NCBI GenBank assembly: GCA_037441285.1
Contig: JBBISL010000001.1
Coordinates: 84,611-148,610, forward strand
Direction: 5' to 3'
Length of the DNA stretch: 64,000 bases
Source: a candidate division WOR-3 bacterium
GTDB lineage: Bacteria > Hydrothermota > Tepidihabitantia > Tepidihabitantales > Tepidihabitantaceae
Both the position numbers and the translations under genes were made by a program. The notes under the pieces are model-generated. The model saw only the letters and a program-made list of their open reading frames with translations. It was not told where the DNA came from and made no database searches. Positions 27,944 to 37,530 of this stretch are shown in pieces. How positions within the stretch are numbered: position 1 is the first letter of the stretch; the number at the start of each line of letters is the position of its first letter.

Positions 27944-29205
27944 CTTGCACCGGCACCGCTTCCCAAACCAAGTAGGTTTATTATTTTCTCGCCCAGAGAA
28001 ACCTCAAAGAACGCTCTTGCCATCAGCTCTGCCACCGGAATAACGAGTAAGATGTTAGGAAGCCACATTCCTAAAAAAGGTGATACCCGACCGCCCTCAG
28101 CAAAGTTTTCCCCCCCGAGGAGAACAACATAATAAACTGCATTGAATATCATGCCTACGATAATCCCGGTACCAACCCCACCCCGCCGTAACACCACTCC
28201 CAACGGTGCCCCGAACAGGAGGAAAAAAAACGCCGAGAAGGCAAGGGAAAACCGTTTGTGTACTTCAGTCAGGGACCGGGCCAGTTCAGCATTCTTGTAG
28301 CGCAGCCGGGTTCTCAGTTCGTCGCGCTTGAACTGTAACGCCTCGTTATCGGAACTCTTGCCCGCCAGTGAATCAAGTTGGCGCTTTAACTCCTGTACCG
28401 CCTTTTTGTTCTCCTTAATCACGGTTAGTAACTGGAACAGTCGCTTTTCATCATCACCCCGATATTCTCGATTCCTTCTAATTAATTCATCATCCATCAG
28501 TATATTTATCGTATGTTGTTGAAACTCCAGGCGCCGGTAATTACCGTTCGTTGTCAGCTCGTGTATTTCTCCATCGTAAAGAGAAAGAATCATATACCGG
28601 TCATCGGGTGTATAATCAATTTTACCCCTTGGTGCCGTGACAAATGATGGCACCCCCTTTCCCTTTGACTTCTCAAAAATCACCACATTGGAAACTTCCG
28701 AGCGCCTCTCATCAATTGCTCCAATATACACCATATACCCGGGAAAGTCATCAAGGAATACCCGTTCCTGAATCCGCAAGGACGGTTTTTTCCGGGCGAT
28801 ATCGGTCAAAAGCCCCCGAACCTGGTATTGCGATTCGGGCAGCACAAATCCGTTAAAAAATGCCATAAACGGCATTAAAACTGCTCCAAAAACCACTGCC
28901 GGAACAAAAATCCGCCAGGTGGGGATTCCCGCCGCACGAATTGCGGTAATTTCATTGTCCTGTGCCATGCGGCCAAAGGTGATTACGCCCCCAATCAGAA
29001 CGGCCAGAGGTGTGCTGATGCTGATTACGAAGGGAAGGGAGAGAAACATTATTTCTCCGATGATTTTTACCGCAACCCCTTTACGCACCAGTAAGTCGGC
29101 AAGAAGAAAAAGCCGGTCCATCAGCAAAATGAAAGACAGCACGATAATCGCAAACAGGAAAGCAGGAATTATCTGCCTGAAGGTCTCCCGCTCAAAAATC
29201 CTCAT
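27940..29205 (-). CDS. lptF: LptF/LptG family permease (YjgP/YjgQ)
   Basis: N-terminus MRIFERETFRQIIPAFLFAI and the SIS...AIRAAGI motif. There is an ATGA-type overlap with the downstream paralog. Confidence 0.78.
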   Translation of the reverse strand: MRIFERETFRQIIPAFLFAIIVLSFILLMDRLFLLADLLVRKGVAVKIIGEIMFLSLPFVISISTPLAVLIGGVITFGRMAQDNEITAIRAAGIPTWRIFVPAVVFGAVLMPFMAFFNGFVLPESQYQVRGLLTDIARKKPSLRIQERVFLDDFPGYMVYIGAIDERRSEVSNVVIFEKSKGKGVPSFVTAPRGKIDYTPDDRYMILSLYDGEIHELTTNGNYRRLEFQQHTINILMDDELIRRNREYRGDDEKRLFQLLTVIKENKKAVQELKRQLDSLAGKSSDNEALQFKRDELRTRLRYKNAELARSLTEVHKRFSLAFSAFFFLLFGAPLGVVLRRGGVGTGIIVGMIFNAVYYVVLLGGENFAEGGRVSPFLGMWLPNILLVIPVAELMARAFFEVSLGEKIINLLGLGSGAGAR

Positions 29206-29211
29206 TTAACT

Positions 29212-29239
29212 ATCATATTCAGCACCTATTTTAAGTCAA
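29212..29239 (-). promoter_or_regulatory. sigma70-type promoter abutting the lptF start (leaderless prediction)
   Basis: On the minus strand: TTGACT 29239-29234, 16-nt spacer, TATGAT 29217-29212, ATG at 29205 (6-nt gap). Confidence 0.55.
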
Positions 29240-29380
29240 GATTCAGTACAAACATGGAAGCGGACAAGAATTTCCCTTACCATCCCCGAGACTACCCCGG
29301 GGTTGGGTAGGGAAAATCGCTATAAAACTGGTAACCCCTTTATATTTCATAGTGTTATTTAGAAATTCCGTTCTGCCATC

Positions 29381-29402
29381 CAGTATACTTTAAAGTATAC
29401 TG
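29381..29402. promoter_or_regulatory. perfect 22-bp palindrome, candidate operator
   Basis: CAGTATACTTT|AAAGTATACTG is an exact 11+11 inverted repeat. It lies in the 345-bp AT-rich divergent region between lptF and the GNAT gene. Confidence 0.4.
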
Positions 29403-29504
29403 ACCAATAGCTGCTTAAGCCCAACCGCAGAACAATAAAAAAATTAACCGCCACTTTATTAATTTACTCACATTCAATATAGTTGCCAATATCAGAGTAA
29501 ATCA

Positions 29505-29532
29505 TTGACAGAATTATTATAGATATTATATT
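29505..29532 (+). promoter_or_regulatory. sigma70-type promoter for the GNAT gene
   Basis: TTGACA 29505-29510, 16-nt spacer, TATATT 29527-29532. The start codon lies about 20 nt downstream, so this one is not leaderless. Confidence 0.5.
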
Positions 29533-29550
29533 TTATCCAAAAGGGCGCAA

Positions 29551-30507
29551 TTGATGAATATGAATGATACATCTTCCCTAAAAATTCGAAATATAGAGAA
29601 AAGTGATGCTTATCAAGTAGGTTTATTAACAGACCAAATTTACGCCGAAATGGGAACTGAGCCGCTTTACTCGGTTGATGCCACAATAAGGCTTTTCGAA
29701 ACTCCCTGGTTGCAAGACGGTGCGGGCCTGGTTCTGGAACAGGCCAAACGAATTTTAGGATACGGATGGGCGCGGCATTTACCCTGGCACTGCCGCAATG
29801 TTATCCATATGGGACTTTTTCTGGGTCCAGAAGCACGGGAAAGAGGCAAATATAAAATACTTACTGACGAACTTTTTAAAATCGCCCAGGGTCTGGCTCG
29901 TCGCTTCCGGATTTCCGAGGCTTTAATATTCTATCGAAGCGTTGACTATATCCATCCACCCATAATCTCCCAACTCGGATTTCAAAAACATCCGGTTTCA
30001 ATGCTTGGTTTTCGGCATACTCTTGAATCATTAGATGAAGTTAAGCTTCCGCCGGGAATCGTAATCCGTCCCGCCCATCTTCCCGGCGAAAAAAGTTTAA
30101 TCCACTCCCTGGGCATGGAAGCGTTTGACGACCCCCTAAATCAAGGAGAGCATATCAACGAAGCCCATCTCGATATCGAAATGGGAAACCCGGGATTTAA
30201 AAACGAACAGTTTATGATTGCCTGGCAGGGAGATAAACCTGCCGGCTACCTGGTAATTTTGTCGGGAACGGACCGGCCCGGAGAAAAGAGCTACGACATT
30301 GCCGAAGTCGGGGTTGTTCCGCCATTGCGCCGTAAGGGAATCGGCACCGCCCTACTTCTTATGGCGCTGCACTGGATTAAAAAACAAAATGCTCGTGTTG
30401 CGTTGATTGCGGCATTCAGTAGTAATTCTGTGATATCACTTTATTGGCGGTTAAGATTCCGGCCGGACCCGCTCCGTACCTATAATTTCTTCATCCGGCA
30501 AATTTAA
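29551..30507 (+). CDS. GNAT family N-acetyltransferase with a tandem acetyltransferase-like architecture
   Basis: The C-terminal acetyl-CoA motif is VVPPLRRKGIGTALLL. The length of about 318 aa is compatible with two GNAT folds. The start is probably ATG 29554 or 29560. Confidence 0.7.
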   Translation: MMNMNDTSSLKIRNIEKSDAYQVGLLTDQIYAEMGTEPLYSVDATIRLFETPWLQDGAGLVLEQAKRILGYGWARHLPWHCRNVIHMGLFLGPEARERGKYKILTDELFKIAQGLARRFRISEALIFYRSVDYIHPPIISQLGFQKHPVSMLGFRHTLESLDEVKLPPGIVIRPAHLPGEKSLIHSLGMEAFDDPLNQGEHINEAHLDIEMGNPGFKNEQFMIAWQGDKPAGYLVILSGTDRPGEKSYDIAEVGVVPPLRRKGIGTALLLMALHWIKKQNARVALIAAFSSNSVISLYWRLRFRPDPLRTYNFFIRQI

Positions 30508-30550
30508 ACACTGCTTTCCATATTGTTCACATCAGGAGCGCATTACCCTG

Positions 30551-30579
30551 TTGACCCAAAGTGTAACATTTGTTAAATT
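30551..30579 (+). promoter_or_regulatory. sigma70-type promoter abutting the purM start (leaderless prediction)
   Basis: TTGACC 30551-30556, 17-nt spacer, TAAATT 30574-30579, ATG at 30585 (5-nt gap). Confidence 0.55.
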
Positions 30580-30584
30580 AACCT

Positions 30585-31583
30585 ATGTTATATCGTGATG
30601 CTGGTGTTGATATTGAACGGATGAATGCCGTCAAAAAAGAAATTGGCTCGCTGGTCAGAAAAACATATTTGCCTGAGGTCATTTCCGGAGTGGGTTTGTT
30701 TGGTTCCCTGTTCCGAATCCCCCGGAAACGAAAACCGGTCCTTGTTGCCAGTTGCGATAGCGTGGGAACAAAGGTACTCATCGCCCGGGAAATGGGCGTG
30801 TTTAACACCGTTGGCATTGACATCGTTAACCATTGTGTAAATGATATCCTCACCCTCGGCGCAAAACCTCTATTCTTCCTTGATTACATTGCCCACTCAG
30901 ACTTATCAAGTAATCAGTTGCTTGACCTGATAAAAGGTTTAACCAATGCCTGTCGGCAAAATGGCTGTGCCCTGGTTGGAGGCGAAACCGCGATGATGCC
31001 CGACATTTACCGAACCGGAGATTTTGACCTTGTTGGATTCATCGTCGGCATTGTTGAGCAAGACCAAATCGTTGATGCCCAAAAATTGAAACCCGGTGAT
31101 ATCGCGATTGGCATTCCCTCAAATGGGCTCCACACCAATGGCTACTCGCTTGCTCGCAAGGTCCTTTTTAAGTTGAATCGCTTAACTGTACATTCCAAAG
31201 TTCCGGGGCTTAAGCACTCTTTGGGCAAAGAACTGCTCCGGCCCCATCGCTCTTATTTTAAGTCGGTCTATCCGCTTCTTGACCAGGTCAAGGCAATTGC
31301 CCATATCACGGGCGGCGGGTTCTACGACAACATAAGCCGGCTATTGCCGCCCGAAACCTCCTGTATCATCAAAAAATCGACCTGGCGCCCTCCCCCGATA
31401 TTTCAGTTAATCCAGAAATTGGGCGCGGTCCCGGACGAGGAGATGTATCGGACCTTCAATATGGGTATCGGCATGGTACTCTTTGTTGCCCCGGATAAAG
31501 TGGCTACAATCCGGCGCCGTATTCCTTGCGCAAAGGTAATCGGTAAAGTTGTCCGCGGCACATTCGCGGTTGCGGTAATATAA
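30585..31583 (+). CDS. purM: phosphoribosylformylglycinamidine cyclo-ligase (AIR synthetase)
   Basis: Motifs YRDAGVDI, SCDSVGTKVLIA, DIVNHCVNDIL, GGETAMMP and ITGGG. Confidence 0.95.
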   Translation: MLYRDAGVDIERMNAVKKEIGSLVRKTYLPEVISGVGLFGSLFRIPRKRKPVLVASCDSVGTKVLIAREMGVFNTVGIDIVNHCVNDILTLGAKPLFFLDYIAHSDLSSNQLLDLIKGLTNACRQNGCALVGGETAMMPDIYRTGDFDLVGFIVGIVEQDQIVDAQKLKPGDIAIGIPSNGLHTNGYSLARKVLFKLNRLTVHSKVPGLKHSLGKELLRPHRSYFKSVYPLLDQVKAIAHITGGGFYDNISRLLPPETSCIIKKSTWRPPPIFQLIQKLGAVPDEEMYRTFNMGIGMVLFVAPDKVATIRRRIPCAKVIGKVVRGTFAVAVI

Positions 31584-31593
31584 CCATTGAAAA

Positions 31594-32517
31594 TCAACCC
31601 CGGGGATGGAAGGTCCTGTAAACTTCCCGCAGATAAGTTCGGTCAATATGGGTGTAAATCTGGGTCGTGACAATACTGGAATGGCCCAGCATCTCCTGCA
31701 CAACCCGTAAGTCAGCGCCCCCTTCCAGCAGGTGAGTTGCAAATGAGTGACGCAGGATATGAGGTGTAATGCGCCGTTCGATTCCAGCAAGACGGGCACA
31801 CTGCCGAAGAATCTTCCAGAACCCCATTCTACTCAACCTGCCCCCCCTCCGATTAAGAAAAAGATAAGGTGTGCTTTTGCCCCGGGCATAATGTTCGCGT
31901 GCCAGCCCCAGATAATCTTTAACCGCCTGCAAAGCCGGTGTACCCAATGGCACCAGTCGCTCTTTTGCCCTTTTGCCAAAAATGCGAACAAATCTCTCGC
32001 TCATATCGATATCGCTCGTTTTTAAGTTTAACAGTTCTGATACTCTTAATCCGGCACCATAAGCCACTTCCAGCATCGCCCTTGCCCGTAGTGCCCAGAA
32101 CCGGTCCGGAGCCTTAACCGTGCTTTCAATTAAACACGAAACCTCATTCTGACTTAATGTTTGGGGCAGACGCCGCTTCGGGCGCGGTAATTTCAACTCC
32201 TGTGCCGGGTCTGGCAAGTTATACTCCGCTTCAAGAAAAGCCCCAAACACACGAATCGAACTCAACTTACGAGCAAATGTGGATGTTGCAATACCACAGT
32301 CGGATAAAGTCTGAACAAACTGTCGCAACAGTTTCAAGTTTATCAATTCAGGGTTTTGGGCAATCTCGGGCTTAAATGCATACAACTGCTTGATATCGGT
32401 AAGATAACAGTCAGCCGAAACTTTTGTTACACCCCTTTCAACCAAAAGGTAATGACTGAAACGCTCAAGGGTTGATGAAACTAACTCCTTAATTTGGGCC
32501 GGACTCTTTCTTTTCAA
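31594..32517 (-). CDS. xerD: site-specific tyrosine recombinase XerC/XerD
   Basis: N-terminal SAM-like domain, catalytic R...HILRHSFATHLL...LGHSSIVTTQIYTH, and about 307 aa. Confidence 0.88.
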   Translation of the reverse strand: MKRKSPAQIKELVSSTLERFSHYLLVERGVTKVSADCYLTDIKQLYAFKPEIAQNPELINLKLLRQFVQTLSDCGIATSTFARKLSSIRVFGAFLEAEYNLPDPAQELKLPRPKRRLPQTLSQNEVSCLIESTVKAPDRFWALRARAMLEVAYGAGLRVSELLNLKTSDIDMSERFVRIFGKRAKERLVPLGTPALQAVKDYLGLAREHYARGKSTPYLFLNRRGGRLSRMGFWKILRQCARLAGIERRITPHILRHSFATHLLEGGADLRVVQEMLGHSSIVTTQIYTHIDRTYLREVYRTFHPRG

Positions 32518-34121
32518 ATTTGAAAAATGGCGCTTAAATCTTTCCGGGAAACAACCGTATCTTTTTCAAACCTTTCATCTGGTAACGGATGGTCCTGGTT
32601 GTAATGCAAGCCGCGGGATTCAAGGCGCCGTCGGGCACAGGTGACGATAAGATAGGATACAGTAAGCATATTTTTCAGTTCAAAGATATCGATGGTTTGG
32701 GTGCCTCCCTTGATTAATTCGGCAGCTCTGTTAATCATTTTAGTCAATTCTGCTTCTGCTTCAGCAAGGCCGGCATCGGTCCGGACGATACCGGCATTAC
32801 GCCACATCGTGTCCCGTAACTTGTTAACAATTGTTTCACTCTCCGGGCTTTTTCTGTTTTCGACCCTAAAAAAATCTGGAAGCAAAAATGCGTCCTCTTT
32901 TTTAAACTTGATAACTTCTTTTGCCCGAACTGCTGCTCTTTCGGCAAATACTAATGCTTCCAGAAGCGAGTTGGAAGCCAGCCGATTGGCGCCGTGCAAA
33001 CCGCTGCAGGCGCATTCACCAGCGGCAAACAGATTTTTAATAGAAGTTTCGGCCCAGGAGTTTATCTGGACACCACCGCAAACATAATGAGCTGCGGGCA
33101 CAACCGGAATCGGCTCCCGGGTAATATCGATACCGAGTCTCAAACAGGTCTGGTAAATCGTCGGGAAACGGGTTATTAACTTTTCTGCTGAAATTGAAGT
33201 ACAATCAAGTAAAACAAAGTCGTCACCCCGCCGCGACAGTTCCGCCGCAATTGCTCGAGCAACAACATCGCGGGGCGCCAGCGAACCATCCGGATGGTAC
33301 GCCGGCATAAACTCTTTTCCATCTTTGGTGCGCAAAACCGCGCCTTCCCCGCGAACCGCTTCGGAAATCAGAAAAACCCGGTCATCAATTCGAGAACCAA
33401 AAAGGGTTGTGGGGTGAAACTGAATAAACTCCATATTTGCTATCTTCGCCCCGGCACGAAACGCCATTGCAATCCCATCCCCCGTCGCAATCGCGGGATT
33501 TGTTGTGTGACGATAAACCTGACCAATACCACCGGTTGCAAGCAAACAAACTTTTGCAAGAACGGTTTTTACAACTCCGGTCGATTTGTCGAGGATAAAC
33601 GCCCCGTGACAGGAACCGGTATCGTCAACAATAAGGTCAATGGTAAAATGTTCCTCCCAGATTGTTACATCGGGATGGGAGCGCACTGCTTGCAGTAATC
33701 CCCGCTCAATCTCAGCACCAGTGGCATCGCGGGCATGAACAATTCGCCGGCGGCGGTGTCCGCCTTCTTGGCCCAACTCAAACTTCGGCTCACCCTGGGT
33801 TTGCTCCAATGTTGAAAATTTTATTCCCAATGCCCACAACTCCCGGACCAAACGCGGACCGGCTTCGGTAACCATATGAACAATTTCCGGGTGTGCTAAC
33901 CCGGCTCCTACCCGCATCGTATCCTCGTAATGGAGCCGCGGATTGTCATCTTGCGCAACTGCCGCAGCAATGCCCCCTTGCGCGTAATTGGTGTTAGATT
34001 CGGCGCTATCCTTTTTCGTAACTATCAAAACTTTGCCTTTATCACCAACCTTCCAGGCAAACCATAAACCGGCAATACCCGAACCGATTACTAAGTAATC
34101 AACCCGCGTTATCTCTGCCAT
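32514..34121 (-). CDS. nadB: L-aspartate oxidase
   Basis: FAD motif DYLVIGSGIAGL, plus AQGGIAA, HPTT and HYVCGG motifs. The start MAEITRVDYLVIG at 34121 is preferred over the ORF-track 34148, which would overlap the upstream gene. Confidence 0.92.
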   Translation of the reverse strand: MAEITRVDYLVIGSGIAGLWFAWKVGDKGKVLIVTKKDSAESNTNYAQGGIAAAVAQDDNPRLHYEDTMRVGAGLAHPEIVHMVTEAGPRLVRELWALGIKFSTLEQTQGEPKFELGQEGGHRRRRIVHARDATGAEIERGLLQAVRSHPDVTIWEEHFTIDLIVDDTGSCHGAFILDKSTGVVKTVLAKVCLLATGGIGQVYRHTTNPAIATGDGIAMAFRAGAKIANMEFIQFHPTTLFGSRIDDRVFLISEAVRGEGAVLRTKDGKEFMPAYHPDGSLAPRDVVARAIAAELSRRGDDFVLLDCTSISAEKLITRFPTIYQTCLRLGIDITREPIPVVPAAHYVCGGVQINSWAETSIKNLFAAGECACSGLHGANRLASNSLLEALVFAERAAVRAKEVIKFKKEDAFLLPDFFRVENRKSPESETIVNKLRDTMWRNAGIVRTDAGLAEAEAELTKMINRAAELIKGGTQTIDIFELKNMLTVSYLIVTCARRRLESRGLHYNQDHPLPDERFEKDTVVSRKDLSAIFQI

Positions 34122-34125
34122 CAAA

Positions 34126-34788
34126 CTAAAAGCGCCAGCCGACCGCAATCCCTAACTGGCCAGTTGCGGGCTTAATTTCAACCCTTTTGCTCAAAGGCGG
34201 CTCGGGCAGGAAAAACAGACAGTCAAATGCGCTGACCAAACGATTCAGCACCAGACCAGCAGCTAAGAAACTAACCGTCATTCCCGCATTGCGCGCCGCC
34301 CGCCGTGTCTGCCAGAAGGAATAAATTCGGATTGAATCTGAACTCCAGTTCCACTCCTGGTTGCCAAAATAGCCCCGGCTTTCATAATAACGGCGCTGGG
34401 CATCAGGGTCGTCAGGATAAAGTTCCCTTGCCACGCGCCGGATATCCTCGTTGTACTCTGCACTGCTTTTGTAGCGTTCAAGCGCCCGGTAGTAGTTAGG
34501 GTCTTTGATAGCAATATCCGCGCCGGCGAATCTTCGGGCAATCAGTCGCGCATCCGCTTCTTTACTTGTTTTGTACCAGGAAAAACCCGCCCAACCGAGC
34601 CACATAACACCATCTGCCCAGAGCATCGCTTCTCCTCGCGTACGTACCCCGGAAATTAGTTGTCCGGTTCCCGGCAAAATCGCCGAGGCAAGCGCCGCTT
34701 TACCTAATGACGGGTCTGCTTTCTTATTTTGCGGGGTTGGCGCGGACGGTGTTAAACCGACGATGATAAATGCAATAATTAAACTCAT
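34126..34788 (-). CDS. hypothetical exported or outer-membrane-associated protein
   Basis: It has a signal-like N-terminus, an AGGAGG Shine-Dalgarno site, and a C-terminus VGWRF ending in an aromatic residue as in many OM proteins. I recognise no family. Confidence 0.4.
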   Translation of the reverse strand: MSLIIAFIIVGLTPSAPTPQNKKADPSLGKAALASAILPGTGQLISGVRTRGEAMLWADGVMWLGWAGFSWYKTSKEADARLIARRFAGADIAIKDPNYYRALERYKSSAEYNEDIRRVARELYPDDPDAQRRYYESRGYFGNQEWNWSSDSIRIYSFWQTRRAARNAGMTVSFLAAGLVLNRLVSAFDCLFFLPEPPLSKRVEIKPATGQLGIAVGWRF

Positions 34789-34800
34789 TACTCCTCCTGA

Positions 34801-37530
34801 CTATTGAACAATTAACTTTCTAACCTCTACTTCTTTTCCCTCTCTTATCCTCAAAAAATACACTCCGGGTTTAAATGAACCAAAGTCAAATGATGCTTTA
34901 TCCGCAAGCACTCGTTTGCCTTCATATTGGCGGCCCGCAGTGTCATAAATTTGGACTATCCCACCTGCCGGAACCTCAATCATGAACCGTTTCTGATTGG
35001 TGACGACAGTGGGAAAAACGACTCTTGGAGTGCCTGATGTCGGCGGGCTTGGGTGTATTTCTTCCACCCCGATTAAATTCCAATCGGTCAACTTGGCATA
35101 GATATCCCAACCCAGATGGCGCCGATTGTCTGTCCAGGTCCAGGCGATACGGGAACTACTGGCTGCGACACTCTGTCCCACTGTCCAATGGGTATTTTTC
35201 GGGAAATAGTTAGGTTCATTTATCCTGGCATTAGTGCCAATTCGGGTTCTATCAGCACGAAACCGTTGACAGTAAATCTGGGGATTACCAGCAATCTCCC
35301 GTTCGTCATTAAATAAAACAACTAACCTACCTGATGGGTCAAAAGCACAACTGGGTGAATAACAGTCGCTACCGCCGGAGTTGTCATTAACCCGCTCGTT
35401 GTCGCCAAGTCTATTGCCCAGCGAGTCCAGCCACTGAAGATAAACATCGTAATTGCCATTTCTCGTGTCTTCCCAGGTGATGGCGATAGTGCGGTCTTCG
35501 GCAATCGCACACGATGGGTATCCCTGATAAACTGTACCGGCGTCGGTATTAACTCTGATATTTCTACCAATTCGTGAACCGTCGTTTCGGAACAATTGGC
35601 AGTAAATGTTGTAATCTCCGTCACGGTTATCCATCCAGGACACAACCCAGTAGCCGTTGGAATTCATCACCACGCTCGCATAGGCACCTTCCGCTGCCGT
35701 GTCTGCAACCGGAAATTCTTCTCCTACTGGATTGCCTGCCTCATCATAGCGACGGGCATAAATCCGGTACTGTCTTTCCCGATAGTCCATCCAGACAACC
35801 ACGGCACGATTAAACGAATCCATTGCACAATATGGATACCACTGGAAATTGTTGCCGGCATCGGAGTTAACACGAAAATTACCACCCAGTTTTTGGCCAG
35901 AAAAGTCCAGAAACTGCGCGTAAATGTCGCCGTCAGCACGATTGTCAAACCAGGCAACGATAAACTTATGATTTCCACCGGCAACACTTGGATAATACTG
36001 GGCGGCGCCACCGGCATCCTCATTCAACCGAAGATTTGAAGCAAGTTCGTTTCCTGAAGAATCAAGCCCCGTCGGATAGATATCACAGGAAAGTCCCCTT
36101 TCATCCTCCCAGGCAATGACAATGTTTCCTTTTCGTTCCATTCCGATTGAAGAACACCGTTGATGGGCACTGGCATAATCGTCATTGACCCGGAAGTTGG
36201 TACCACGCGGCAAACCATTGCGGTCCAGACGCTGACCATAGATGTCAAAATTACCGTTGCGGGAGTCACTCCAAAAAATCCAGTAGCCGCCATCCGGAGT
36301 GGCAACAACCGCGGGCGAATTTTGGGCTGTAGAACCGATGTCGTCGTTAACCTTAAACTCAACACCTATTCGGTTACCGCTGGAGTCAAATCTCTGACAA
36401 TAGATATCTTCGTTGCCGTTTCTTGTGTCGGTCCAGACAACGATAAACTCTCCAAAGTTATTTATCGCACAGGCGCCGCTGTACTGGTCGGTGCTACCGG
36501 CATCAGCATTCACCCGAAAATTAGAACCAAGCGGTGCTCCATCAGAACTGTATATTTGAGCATAGACATCCCAATTCGCTCTTCGCCGGTCGTCCCAGGT
36601 GACAACAAACCAACCAGTTGACGTACAGGCAATTTTGGGTGTCCATTGTGTGCTGTCATCCGGGGTCACCAGCACATTGTTACCCAGCCGATTGCCGGTT
36701 CGGTCAAACCGTTGAAAAAATATGTCCCAGTTGCCTCTTCGTCCGTCCATCCATACAACAACAAATCTATTGGAGTCGTCGCCACTGACATCGGGTTCGT
36801 ATTGATTGCCATAACCGATTGGGTCATCATTGACCCGAAAATTACCGCCCAGGGGTGAACCATCAGGGTTGTAAAACTGGGCAAATATATCTCCGGTTAA
36901 ACCATAGCGACGGTCATCCCAGGTAATTAATGTTGTCCCGTCAGGCGCTGTATAAATAGCCGAGATACTCTGGTCACCGGACACACCAGAATCACTTACC
37001 CGAAAGTTATCACCAAGGCGGTTGCCTACCGAGTCAAATCGTTGCGCAAATACATCGGAATTTCCAATCTCCCTTCGGTCCTCCCAGGAAAATGTCCAGC
37101 CGTTTTCTGGTCCCATTGCTGCTGCCGGGTCACCCTGCCAGCCCAAAGTGACATCCGTGTTTATTCGTTCGTTAACACCAATTCGTTCCCCTGCGGCGTC
37201 AAACCGCTGGAACCAGACATCAGCATCCCCATCCCGAAAATCACACCAGACAACGATAAAGTTTCCATTGGCGCCAATCGCCACCTCAGGGCTGATGTGT
37301 TTACATCCGCCAATGGTATCGTCATTACACACAAAATCGGTTCTGATAACGCTGTCGACGCCATCTCTCCTCGAATAAGTCGCTCGTCCGCTGCGGTTGG
37401 GCAAAGAACCAATAGGTAACGGCCGGGGATTCTCGGGGCTGCGTTCAATTAACATTCGTTCGGGGGTTAAGAAGTTCTGGGTTGTTTCGGGCAAAAGCAA
37501 CCAACCGAGCAAAAGAGCGCAAAATATCAT
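34801..37530 (-). CDS. secreted protein with 14 tandem repeats of about 52 aa and a T9SS (Por_Secre_tail-like) C-terminal domain
   Basis: A signal peptide is followed by 14 repeats of the pattern W-x-D-x-R-x-G-x-x-D-I-Y-x-Q-x-F-D-x-x-G-x-x-L-G-x-N-F-R-V-N-x-D. The C-terminal ...IYDTAGRQ...GVYFLRIREGKEVEVRKLIVQ is typical of a T9SS sorting tail. Confidence 0.7.
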   Translation of the reverse strand: MIFCALLLGWLLLPETTQNFLTPERMLIERSPENPRPLPIGSLPNRSGRATYSRRDGVDSVIRTDFVCNDDTIGGCKHISPEVAIGANGNFIVVWCDFRDGDADVWFQRFDAAGERIGVNERINTDVTLGWQGDPAAAMGPENGWTFSWEDRREIGNSDVFAQRFDSVGNRLGDNFRVSDSGVSGDQSISAIYTAPDGTTLITWDDRRYGLTGDIFAQFYNPDGSPLGGNFRVNDDPIGYGNQYEPDVSGDDSNRFVVVWMDGRRGNWDIFFQRFDRTGNRLGNNVLVTPDDSTQWTPKIACTSTGWFVVTWDDRRRANWDVYAQIYSSDGAPLGSNFRVNADAGSTDQYSGACAINNFGEFIVVWTDTRNGNEDIYCQRFDSSGNRIGVEFKVNDDIGSTAQNSPAVVATPDGGYWIFWSDSRNGNFDIYGQRLDRNGLPRGTNFRVNDDYASAHQRCSSIGMERKGNIVIAWEDERGLSCDIYPTGLDSSGNELASNLRLNEDAGGAAQYYPSVAGGNHKFIVAWFDNRADGDIYAQFLDFSGQKLGGNFRVNSDAGNNFQWYPYCAMDSFNRAVVVWMDYRERQYRIYARRYDEAGNPVGEEFPVADTAAEGAYASVVMNSNGYWVVSWMDNRDGDYNIYCQLFRNDGSRIGRNIRVNTDAGTVYQGYPSCAIAEDRTIAITWEDTRNGNYDVYLQWLDSLGNRLGDNERVNDNSGGSDCYSPSCAFDPSGRLVVLFNDEREIAGNPQIYCQRFRADRTRIGTNARINEPNYFPKNTHWTVGQSVAASSSRIAWTWTDNRRHLGWDIYAKLTDWNLIGVEEIHPSPPTSGTPRVVFPTVVTNQKRFMIEVPAGGIVQIYDTAGRQYEGKRVLADKASFDFGSFKPGVYFLRIREGKEVEVRKLIVQ
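35130..37310 (-). repeat. 14 tandem coding repeats of about 156 nt each (protein-level periodicity)
   Basis: The anchor WxDxR...D(I/V)(Y/F)xQ recurs 14 times: WCDFRDGDADVW, WEDRREIGNSDVF, WDDRRYGLTGDIF, WMDGRRGNWDIF, WDDRRRANWDVY, WTDTRNGNEDIY, WSDSRNGNFDIY, WEDERGLSCDIY, WFDNRADGDIY, WMDYRERQYRIY, WMDNRDGDYNIY, WEDTRNGNYDVY, FNDEREIAGNPQIY, WTDNRRHLGWDIY. Confidence 0.8.

Noticed and set aside
31594-32517. Tyrosine recombinase as a marker of an integrated mobile element
   Set aside because: The sequence and length fit chromosomal XerC/XerD. The gene overlaps nadB in an operon and is flanked by purM. I saw no flanking direct repeats, no tRNA-adjacent att site and no phage or IS genes.
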